Assembly (NCBI GenBank): GCA_039815375.1
Contig: JBCBZJ010000001.1
Coordinates: 359,386-423,385 of the forward strand
DNA from: Verrucomicrobiota bacterium
Lineage (GTDB): Bacteria; Verrucomicrobiota; Verrucomicrobiia; Opitutales; Coraliomargaritaceae
Direction of reading: 5' to 3'
DNA length: 64,000 nt
Position numbers and translations under genes: made by a program. Within the stretch, counting starts at the first letter, position 1; every line of letters starts with the position of its first letter. Shown here piece after piece: positions 40,455 through 49,221 of this stretch. Below the pieces are notes generated by a model that was given only the letters and a program-made list of their open reading frames with translations, was not told where the DNA came from and did not search any database.

Positions 40455-42248
40455 GTGACCGATTCCCAGAAGACATACGACCTGACCGATAAAGAACTCT
40501 TGCACCATGTATGGTCGCGACTCGCTCCTTATCGTAAGCGTATCGTATTCGCACTCCTCCTCCTCGTCCTATCGGTCCCCTTTATCAATTTCCACCCCTT
40601 GGTCTGGGGTTTTGTCGCCGATGCTCTGGTCGAGCAAACACTTACGCTGAACGTTCTCGCCTGGTGGCTGGTAGTGATGTCGGTTGGCTATGTTATCGGC
40701 CTCATCTCGCATGGGGTGCACAGCTACTTGCTCGAAAAGACCGGGCAAGCCTTTGTCCGCGACATTCGCGCCGAGCTGTTCCGGAAATTTCAGGACCAAT
40801 CGATCGGATATCATCGCGACCATAGCAGCGGCGAGCTCGTCACTCGCATCACGAGCGATGTCGACGCGATGGAGCAATCCGTCCTGCAGGGGCTGACCTC
40901 ACTGCTCGAAGAAATCGTCACCTTTATCGTGGTCGCCGCAATAATCATTTGGATCAGCCCGCTGGTCGGGGTTGCATCGATCCTCCCCCTCGCTTTCGCC
41001 TTCATTTTTATCAAGAAATACAACCGCCGGGTCAAAGCAGTCTACGCTGGTGTCCGGGCAAAACTGGGCGGGATCGGATCCTTCGTGCAGGATCGTTTGG
41101 CAGGTGTGCTCGTCACTAAATCCTTCGGTCGTGAAGCGGAGGAGGCTGCCGTTTTTCAGCAAAATGCCGAAGGCTTCTATCAGTCCAGTATCCAAGCCAG
41201 CCGCCTGCGTAACACCTTCTTCCCGACCGTCTCGATGCTCGGCTTCATCAACAATGTCATCATGCTCGGGCTCGGCAGCTGGCTCATCCTGTCCGGGAGC
41301 GAGCTATTCACTCTTGGCGCGCTCATTGCCTACCGTGGATTCTGGTGGCGCTTGCAAAGTCCGATTCGGACGATCGCACAAACGAGTGACATCCTGCAGC
41401 GCGCCCGTGCTGCCACCACCCGGATCATGGAGCTCTTGGACGAGCCGGTTGAGATTACCGATCAAGACCAGGCTACCGAGCTTAAGTATTGTGAGGGTCG
41501 GCTTGAGTTCGATCGCGTATCCTTCGCCTACCTGAAGGAGAAGCCGGTCTTGAAAGAGGTCAGTTTCACAGTGCCTGCCGGCGACTTCGTGGCCATCGCC
41601 GGTGGCAGTGGCTCCGGCAAAAGCACGCTGCTCAATTTGATCCCCCGCTTCTTTGAAGTCGACGGTGGCAGCATCCAAGTCGATGGAGTCGACATCCGCA
41701 GCCTGACAATGACCAGCCTCCGCAGGCAGATAGGTTATGTCGGCCAGGACCATTATCTCTTCGATGGCACAGTGCGGGAGAACTTGCGCTACGGTTGCCC
41801 CGACGCTACCGAGGCCGAGCTCATCGTCGCTGCCAGAAAAGCCAATGCGCATGCATTTATCGGCTCACTGCCGGAGGGCTACGACACGCATGTCGGGCAA
41901 AACGGACTCAAGCTTTCCGGCGGACAGCGCCAACGCCTCAGCCTAGCCCGTGCCTTTCTGATTGAGCCGACCGTGCTCCTGCTCGACGAGCCCACCGCCT
42001 CGGTCGAGCCCGAGAGTGAAGCCTTGATTCACGACGCCATCCTCGAGCGCACGCACGCGGGCCAAGGCTCCACCATTCTGGTCACCCACCGAGTCGACCT
42101 CCTTCGCAAAGCACCCCGGATCTTGTTTTTTGATCAGGGTATCCTCGCCGCAGACGGCACCCACGAAGCGCTTGTGCAAAACTGTTCCGCCTACACTGAT
42201 GCCTACCAACGCTGGCAGGTCGAGGAAGCAGCGATGTTGTCAGGTTAA
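40455..42248 (+). CDS. ABC transporter, fused permease and ATPase
   Basis: TM domain, GGSGSGKST, LSGGQRQR, LLLDEPT. Confidence 0.93.
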   Translation: MTDSQKTYDLTDKELLHHVWSRLAPYRKRIVFALLLLVLSVPFINFHPLVWGFVADALVEQTLTLNVLAWWLVVMSVGYVIGLISHGVHSYLLEKTGQAFVRDIRAELFRKFQDQSIGYHRDHSSGELVTRITSDVDAMEQSVLQGLTSLLEEIVTFIVVAAIIIWISPLVGVASILPLAFAFIFIKKYNRRVKAVYAGVRAKLGGIGSFVQDRLAGVLVTKSFGREAEEAAVFQQNAEGFYQSSIQASRLRNTFFPTVSMLGFINNVIMLGLGSWLILSGSELFTLGALIAYRGFWWRLQSPIRTIAQTSDILQRARAATTRIMELLDEPVEITDQDQATELKYCEGRLEFDRVSFAYLKEKPVLKEVSFTVPAGDFVAIAGGSGSGKSTLLNLIPRFFEVDGGSIQVDGVDIRSLTMTSLRRQIGYVGQDHYLFDGTVRENLRYGCPDATEAELIVAARKANAHAFIGSLPEGYDTHVGQNGLKLSGGQRQRLSLARAFLIEPTVLLLDEPTASVEPESEALIHDAILERTHAGQGSTILVTHRVDLLRKAPRILFFDQGILAADGTHEALVQNCSAYTDAYQRWQVEEAAMLSG

Positions 42249-42642
42249 TAGCTAATCTTAGGCCGTGACTCCATGTGCTCGGATTACTCTTGATTCGAAG
42301 AGCTCATTTTCCAATTTTGGCTATGAATTTGCTACGTTAGGTGAAGTAAATCATCTAACCTCTTCCACACTATGCCAAGAAAACCTTCACCTCGACGAGA
42401 GTCTTGCCGGGGCCGGATCAAACCGATCACGAGTAAAATCTATGGATTCATGCAAACGCTGGAGGCGCGCCTGCCTAATTTGCCAAACGAGATCAATGAA
42501 ACCGAGTAGGGGACTCAGCATCAGAGAGACAGGCAGTCCGTGTATTTTTCTATCATGCTTCATTTTCGACCACGTATTACGGTGAACTTAGTCTTTTCGC
42601 TCAATCATGAGGTCGCTTCTCAATAACCCAAAGCTCATTCAT

Positions 42643-43134
42643 ATGTCCAAGTATCTACCACACCTTTTAGTGATCTATCTATTTACGGTCGGATTGTTTG
42701 CAGTCGTTTATCTGGTGATGATCTTCCCGGAAGTTAAGGACGGCACCTTCGTCACTTCGGAGAATTTGAATCCAGACCAAACGCTTATCCTGCTGTCCCT
42801 GTTCTCTGGCGTAGCCGGGAGCTTTATTGCGGCGGCTCAGTCCTTGAGCTCTTACGTGGGCAATGGCGCCTTCAAGTCGTCCTGGACGATGTGGTATTTT
42901 CTCCGTCCCTGGATTGGGGGCATGCTTGGATTGGCGATCTTTTTCGCCTTCCGCGCCGGGTTCGTGGCCAGCGTCGAAGCGGTCAATCCCTATGGTGTTG
43001 CAGCTTTGGGCGTCTTGGGCGGATGGTTTTCCAAAACCGCGACAGACAAGCTCCGGGAAGTTTTCGAAACTCTCTTTGTCACCAATGCGGATGATGACCG
43101 GCAGGATGGGTTAACCAAGAATACAGGAGGCTGA
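42643..43134 (+). CDS. Hypothetical four-TM membrane protein (alternative start 42607)
   Basis: Hydrophobic segments; WYFLRPWIG and GWFSKTATDKL motifs. Confidence 0.7.
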   Translation: MSKYLPHLLVIYLFTVGLFAVVYLVMIFPEVKDGTFVTSENLNPDQTLILLSLFSGVAGSFIAAAQSLSSYVGNGAFKSSWTMWYFLRPWIGGMLGLAIFFAFRAGFVASVEAVNPYGVAALGVLGGWFSKTATDKLREVFETLFVTNADDDRQDGLTKNTGG

Positions 43135-43686
43135 ATGGGATTCTCTAATTTTCTCAATAGCAAGCTGGGGCTCACTTTGGTCGGTGGCATCTTGGTTGGC
43201 GGATGCAGTATGCTTCTCGAGGCACGGATCGCCGAGAGTCAGGGGAAGCGGGCGCTTGCAGTCGAGGAGCGGGCGGTGAAGATTGAGGTGATGAGTGATT
43301 TTGCCGATGGAATCTCAAGATGGCTAACGCTTGCCCAGCCGGTGATTAAGAAGAGTGTCTGGTTGTCGATAGCGATTGAGAAAAACAAGCTGGATCGTGA
43401 TTTTCCAGATGGTCGAAATTTTGATGAACTCGTAGTGCACTATGAAACGATCCGTGGTGAACTAAACGCCTTGGAGCAACCCGAGTCACTGATCGCGAAA
43501 TCCGATGCGGTGTTTGCCTCTGAGGACTTGGCTGAGACATTGGGAAGGTTGCGACAAGCTATCGAAGATTATCGCTATCGGGCCAGTATGGAGAATCAGA
43601 CGAGCTTATTGATCCTTATTCGAAAAGACTATACGGAAAGTGTCCAGTTGATGGGCCTCGAACTTCAAAAAAAGGATGAGTCATGA
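43135..43686 (+). CDS. Hypothetical protein with an N-terminal membrane anchor
   Basis: Abuts the previous stop codon (TGAATG); N-terminal hydrophobic segment. Confidence 0.6.
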   Translation: MGFSNFLNSKLGLTLVGGILVGGCSMLLEARIAESQGKRALAVEERAVKIEVMSDFADGISRWLTLAQPVIKKSVWLSIAIEKNKLDRDFPDGRNFDELVVHYETIRGELNALEQPESLIAKSDAVFASEDLAETLGRLRQAIEDYRYRASMENQTSLLILIRKDYTESVQLMGLELQKKDES

Positions 43687-44138
43687 AAGCCGAGCCATTC
43701 TTGATCTTATCTTTACTTTGTTTTCTCACCATACCGATCGTGGGCCAGATTTCCGGGATAGAGACTTCAGGCGAGTCGAGCATGGAGGGCTATCTTGCTC
43801 TTCGCCAGCAGTATGAACTCGAGAATCAGGCTGCGCTCGCCGAGATCGAGAAGTCGCTACGTCAAAACAGCGCAAATGTCGGCGATACGATTTCCATACT
43901 CGATCCCTTTCCCTCAAATCCTTTCCCGAATGATCCGCCGGAGAATGACCCGCCAGATGATGACCCACCCGATGGAGATAATCCGATCGGTGGCAATGAT
44001 GGAGCCATCCGCCCGCTCATTATACAGGTAGACTCCGGATTGGGCGCATTAGGCACTCAGCCTCAGGCATCTTTGGAGGATAGCTTCAATGCTGCAGCTG
44101 AAGCGGCCCTTCAAGAGGCCTTGACAGAAGGAGAGTGA
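43683..44138 (+). CDS. Hypothetical exported protein with an acidic Pro-rich repeat
   Basis: ATGA overlap with the previous gene, signal peptide, NDPPENDPPDDDPPDGD. Confidence 0.6.
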   Translation: MKAEPFLILSLLCFLTIPIVGQISGIETSGESSMEGYLALRQQYELENQAALAEIEKSLRQNSANVGDTISILDPFPSNPFPNDPPENDPPDDDPPDGDNPIGGNDGAIRPLIIQVDSGLGALGTQPQASLEDSFNAAAEAALQEALTEGE

Positions 44139-44219
44139 TTGCAGCGGCAGTAGTTGAAATTCAGAGACGCAGTTTCTCTAAAACATGAATCCTGATTTAT
44201 AAAAAAGCACTTCCATCAA

Positions 44220-44258
44220 TCGATATCATGTTTTTGAAGTTCGTTTGCATCGTTTCGG
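44220..44258. repeat. Dispersed 39-bp intergenic repeat, copy 2
   Basis: 37/39 identical to 6100-6138. Confidence 0.8.
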
Positions 44259-44460
44259 ATGAAGTCATTGTCTTTCTACTCGTGCTTGCAGCGATCGCCC
44301 CCGCGATCAAGGCCCTGACGCCCGGCTTGCCCGAAGCCGTCCTTGTTTCGAAATTCCATTCCGTAAGCCTATCGAATCCGGAATCAACCGCACCCTCTCA
44401 ACTAACGATTTGAAATAGACAGATCCGGATGATGGCAATTAGGTCTAATTGCTCTCTACC

Positions 44461-45390
44461 ATGACTACCTATCTCAAGCACTATGACGGCCTCGAGCCGC
44501 AATCCGCCTACCACCCGGAGACCGCGCTATCTCTGGCTGTTCTTTGCCGACTCGCCTACGAGCCCTCCCGCACCGTCAAAAAAGCTGTCAGCGATGAGCT
44601 ACCCTTTGACCGATGCGAGTTCTTCAGCGTAAAAAAAGCCAAAGATATCGATACCCAGTGCTTCGTTGCCGGTGACGCGACCGATATCGTCGTCGTCTTT
44701 CGTGGCACCGATAAGATCAATGACTGGTTTTCGAACTTTCAAGCCGTCCGCGACCCCGGCCCCTTGACCAAGACCAAGGCGCACGAAGGCTTTCAGGATG
44801 CGCTCTTCCCCTCCGTCATTCGATTGACCAATGCGATCGATACCTTGTTCAACAACGGTCAACGCATTTGGGTGACCGGTCACAGCCTTGGCGGTGCGCT
44901 TTGCTCGCTCTATGCCGCCATGATGTTTGAAGCCGGCTACCATGTCCACGGGATCTACACCTTTGCCAGCCCGCGCCCCGGCGATGCCAAGCTGGCCGAT
45001 GCACTTGAGACCAGGATGAGCCACGGTCCACACCACCGAGTGGTCAATGAAAACGACGTCGTGCCCCACGTCCCACCCGAGCCCTTCTTCAGCCATTCCG
45101 GCACCCGCATGATTCTCCGGGATCAAGACCACGATATCACTTCCGACGGCTGGCGCGGGGTGAAGCGCAATATTTTCGAGCGGCTGATGGATTTCACCGG
45201 GATCAATTCCGACCTCTGGAACATCAAAGGCAACCACGTCCTCGACGGCGACGAAGGCTACATCGCACAGCTTCGCCGCCAGGTCGAGCGCGGTTCCGTC
45301 CCAACCAAACGCGCCGCGAAGAAAGCTGCGAAAAAACGCGCCGCGAAGAAAGTTCCCTCACGGCGCTCGCGTAGGCAAAGGAGGATCTGA
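44461..45390 (+). CDS. Class 3 lipase-family protein
   Basis: VVFRGT, HEGF, TGHSLGG, YTFASPR, DVVPHVP; basic AAKK-repeat tail. Confidence 0.88.
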   Translation: MTTYLKHYDGLEPQSAYHPETALSLAVLCRLAYEPSRTVKKAVSDELPFDRCEFFSVKKAKDIDTQCFVAGDATDIVVVFRGTDKINDWFSNFQAVRDPGPLTKTKAHEGFQDALFPSVIRLTNAIDTLFNNGQRIWVTGHSLGGALCSLYAAMMFEAGYHVHGIYTFASPRPGDAKLADALETRMSHGPHHRVVNENDVVPHVPPEPFFSHSGTRMILRDQDHDITSDGWRGVKRNIFERLMDFTGINSDLWNIKGNHVLDGDEGYIAQLRRQVERGSVPTKRAAKKAAKKRAAKKVPSRRSRRQRRI

Positions 45391-45620
45391 AGCTGGAACA
45401 TATTCTGGCTAGCTTCAGGGACAGCGCTCTTAGAGCAGGTCGAGGATTCTTTCAAATGGGCTCTATTCCTAATTCGAAATCAAAATCGGGCTGCCCACCT
45501 ATTCGAACTTAGAAGACCGAATCTTCCTCTCAGTCTGAGGATAACTCCTTTCCCCCCGATGCAGCCCAAAGCAATTGTGCTTGCATGCTTTCCGGAATAC
45601 TGCGTTCTAGGCCGACTTTT

Positions 45621-45738
45621 ACGGGTGCAAGGCACTCACCTGACGCGGTCTGTTATCGATGAGCGATTGTTTTAGGAGTCGATTATAGACGATCATCGAT
45701 AACGCGGCACCCGTTACGACCATTTGCAGATGGTGTCA
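45621..45738 (+). promoter_or_regulatory. Structured 5' leader of the DEAD-box helicase gene
   Basis: Nested inverted repeats acgggtgc/gcacccgt and gttatcgatga/tcatcgataac, plus a small accat/atggt hairpin before the ATG. Confidence 0.5.
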
Positions 45739-45745
45739 TTTGATT

Positions 45746-47136
45746 ATGAGCGAACTTAGTTTCGACCAGCTACCGCTGTCCACACCCATCCAACGTGCCT
45801 TGTCTGAAAAAGGCTACACCAGACCGTCGCCGATCCAGTCGAAAGCGATTCCTGTTTTACTACAGCGCCGTGACTTGCTCGCTTGTGCCCAGACGGGGAC
45901 CGGCAAGACCGCCGCCTTTGCGCTGCCACTGCTACACAGCATTGCGGAGCGGCCACGCAAGACCTTCCGCCGCGGCATCCGCCACCTGGTGCTCACACCG
46001 ACCCGTGAGCTGGCTGGGCAGATCGCTGATAATTTCCAACTTTACGGGAAGCATGTATCTTTCCGCCTAGGACTGGTCTATGGGGGTGTTTCCGAGAAGC
46101 CGCAGATTAAAATGCTCTTTCAGGGGCTCGATGTCTTGATCGCTTGCCCCGGGCGCTTGATTGACTTGATGGATCAGGGTCATGTCGACCTCTCCCAGGT
46201 GGAGACTTTGATCCTTGATGAGGCCGACCGTATGCTGGATATGGGATTCATCCGCGATATTCGTAAGATCGAGGCAAAGCTACCGAAGAAGCGCCACACC
46301 TTGCTCTTCTCCGCAACCATGGCACCGGAAATCACCAAGCTCGGTCAGGCTATGTTGTATAAGCCCGAAGAGATCCGTATCGCACCCCAAGGGACTACGG
46401 CGGAGAAAGTGGATCAATCCGTTTGCTTCATCGGGAAGAAGGCCAAGCAAAGGCTCGTGCTCGAGATGTTGAAACGCCGCGAGGATGAGAGTGCCGGTGA
46501 GTTGAGCCTAATCTTTACCCGCACGAAACATGGTGCGAAGAATCTTGCTAAGAAACTGTCAGCTGAGGGCTTCCGTGCAGATTCCATTCATGGCAATAAG
46601 TCTCAGTCCGCGCGTGAAAAAACATTGGATCGTTACCGCCAAGGAGACCTCGACGTATTAGTGGCCACCGATGTGGCCGCACGGGGGATCGATGTGAAGA
46701 ATATTACTCTCGTCGTGAACTTCGATCTACCGATGGAGCCCGACGCCTACGTGCACCGCATCGGTCGGACCGCGCGTGCCGGTGCCAGCGGCCATGCCGT
46801 CAGCTTTTGTTCTGAAGAAGAGGTCGCCCTCTTGCGCCAGATCGAACGACTGATCAAGAAACCCGTGCCAGTCGAGACCGATCACCGCTATCATGATGCC
46901 GATGCCCATGAGCTCCATCTGAGCAATCGCGCAGTTAAGAAACCGCCCCAGGGTGGAGGACAGCGCCAGGGGAATCCCCACGCGGCCAAGGCCGTGGTCA
47001 GCCAAAAAACGGACAAAAGCGCCCCGCGAACCGCTCGGAAGGTGGACGTCATCGAAGCGGCCGCCCGAGCGCTCAAAATACGGTAGCTGCCCCAGCAGCC
47101 CCCCGCCGCCCTGCGAAGCGCAACCGTTCGCGCTAA
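45746..47136 (+). CDS. DEAD-box RNA helicase (RhlE-like); in-frame stop at 47086, likely native tail in the -1 frame ending at 47136
   Basis: Q-motif, AQTGTGKT, PTRELA, DEAD, SAT, ARGID, HRIGRTAR. Confidence 0.88.
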
Positions 47137-47219
47137 TCGGGACGACTTCCTGGAGCGCCTCGATGCACGCCTACTGGATCTTTGGATGTTGCGTTTGGCC
47201 CCTGCGCCTCCTCATCATT

Positions 47220-49220
47220 TTAGGATCCAGTTAACACTTGACGGACTTGCTTATGTTGAAAGCACATCGCTAAGTAACTCATGGCACGAGTCATTGCCAT
47301 ATAGATCTTTCGAGTGTTTCGATGAACCAACTCCGGGCGGTCCTCTGGTGCCGTTTGTAGTGCATCTTCTTCTTCGAGGATCTTATCCAGCCCAAGGAGG
47401 AATACAATAGGTGCTTCGAGCCCTGTCGTAGCATTAATTGTGCAGACCCGAATTTTACCTGAGTGGCCTTTCTGTTTGGCATTAATTGCTAAGCCTGGCT
47501 TTTGCTTGTTGATCATGTTTACGCACATATCAACCTGAGCGTTGTCGCTGTGAAGGATCAGAATCTGGTCGGGCGTAGACTCTTTCTTCTGAACTTTATT
47601 GATTACCTGACCTACCACCCAACTGATCTGATCCTGCGGTGCTGAGAACTGAAACAGTTGTGGTATGGGACCTTTGCCGAGCTGTTTAATCTGGTCTTGG
47701 CTTGGGAGGTTTACGGTTTCGTCCTCTTCTGCGATACGACTTTTATAAAATCTGGCGGCAAACGAAATGATCTCCTGGGTATTGCGATAGGGCCTGCTTA
47801 GCGTATGGCTTTTTCCTCGGATATTGAGTCCTGATACTTGCTGCCAAGATTGCCCACTTCCCAGAAAACCTTGGGTTGGGTCCGCTGCCATAAAAAGCTG
47901 ACCCTCCTCTTTGAGTGCATAGCGTATGCAGTTGAACCAAACGGGCACAAAGAATTGTGCTTCATCGATAAAGATCGCGTCATATGGCTGGAGTCTGACT
48001 GCTCCACTTCTGAGCTCATTTAAAAACTTCAGTGCGAAACCTGGCCAATCAGTTTTCCCCTGTTGATCGAGGAGAGAACGATAAGATGAGTACAATTTAT
48101 AGACCTCGTCGCGCATTGATGGTTGCAGAGGTCGCTTTCGTCCAGTTCGTGCGGTATCTAGATATTCGTTTCTATCTTTGATATCATTGTTTGTGATCCA
48201 GTCGAATTCCTCCTGAATAAACTTATCGGTCAATTTTCCTTTCAGGCTAGATTGGCTGAGTAACTGATTGACTAATCGTTTTTGCTCATAGGCGATCACA
48301 TCGCCAGCAGTCTTTGAGTTCCGGGCAACCCATGAATAGAAGGTTGTCCATTCGATCGTGGCTGTTTTACTAAGATTTCCGAAACGACTCGCTAAGTACT
48401 CATTTAATGGGCGATTGTGGGTTACTGCGAGAATACGGTGTTTCGAATTCATTTCAGCGAGTAGTCGTGCTCTGTGTAAGAGTATGACAGATTTACCACT
48501 GCCTGCGCTGCCTGTGATCAAACGATGACTGGTGTCTAGCACCGCACGCCCTTCCTCGGAAAGATCTAGGTCAATTTTGACTAACCATTCTTGGTTCAGA
48601 TCTAGGAAGATGTCTTTCGGCGGGTTGTAGATTTTTTGGGGTTCTGCTACTTGAGGCGGTTTCAGTTCGGCTGAATGATAGAGCTCACGGATACGATTCA
48701 CTGCGTCCGTCGGTGTTGGCCGAACGGACTCGTTTTCGATTCGTTTTAACAGCGACTCTGCGTTGCACTCTTCTTTCGATATGAGGGTGTAGCGTTCGTC
48801 GCTCACAACCTGAATCACTTTGTCGAGAGCGTGTTTACTCGCATTGGGAAATAGAATCCATCGACTTACAGGGATGTCAGTCTGGCTCCCGCTAATCTCG
48901 AGAATCTGCTCATAGCAATTATCCAGAATGTTTCTCTGGTTTAATCCAAATTGATCCTGGAAGAGTTCGGTGTTGGCTCTCTCGAAAAGATTCCCTTCTA
49001 GCTGATCTTCGATGTCCGAACTTTGCACAGTGGATACGGAAACCAGGAATGCGTGCCTTTCTTTGTAGAGCAGAAAAAACTCGGGTAGCTGATGCGAAGA
49101 GATACCAAGCGCTAGACGGCATACTAGATCGTCCGACTTGATCGCTTTGAGTCGGCTACAGATTGGTGCGATACCTTTGGGTAGCTTTTGACCTTTAAGA
49201 TCTGGAATCAGAATCGCCAT
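47220..49220 (-). CDS. UvrD-like SF1 helicase with an uncharacterised (possibly degenerate NERD-like) N-terminal domain
   Basis: GSAGSGKS, IDEAQ, DPTQ, YRNT, TGLE, YMAMTRA. Confidence 0.8.
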   Translation of the reverse strand: MAILIPDLKGQKLPKGIAPICSRLKAIKSDDLVCRLALGISSHQLPEFFLLYKERHAFLVSVSTVQSSDIEDQLEGNLFERANTELFQDQFGLNQRNILDNCYEQILEISGSQTDIPVSRWILFPNASKHALDKVIQVVSDERYTLISKEECNAESLLKRIENESVRPTPTDAVNRIRELYHSAELKPPQVAEPQKIYNPPKDIFLDLNQEWLVKIDLDLSEEGRAVLDTSHRLITGSAGSGKSVILLHRARLLAEMNSKHRILAVTHNRPLNEYLASRFGNLSKTATIEWTTFYSWVARNSKTAGDVIAYEQKRLVNQLLSQSSLKGKLTDKFIQEEFDWITNNDIKDRNEYLDTARTGRKRPLQPSMRDEVYKLYSSYRSLLDQQGKTDWPGFALKFLNELRSGAVRLQPYDAIFIDEAQFFVPVWFNCIRYALKEEGQLFMAADPTQGFLGSGQSWQQVSGLNIRGKSHTLSRPYRNTQEIISFAARFYKSRIAEEDETVNLPSQDQIKQLGKGPIPQLFQFSAPQDQISWVVGQVINKVQKKESTPDQILILHSDNAQVDMCVNMINKQKPGLAINAKQKGHSGKIRVCTINATTGLEAPIVFLLGLDKILEEEDALQTAPEDRPELVHRNTRKIYMAMTRAMSYLAMCFQHKQVRQVLTGS

Positions 49221-49221
49221 C

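Noticed and set aside
42336..42359. GTTAGGT...ATCTAAC resembling integron cores or a dif site
   Set aside because: No attC hairpin adjoins it and it does not match XerC/XerD arms; kept only as a possible operator.
45431..45465. tagagc...gctcta mini inverted repeat
   Set aside because: Only 6-bp arms and no second copy noticed in the window.
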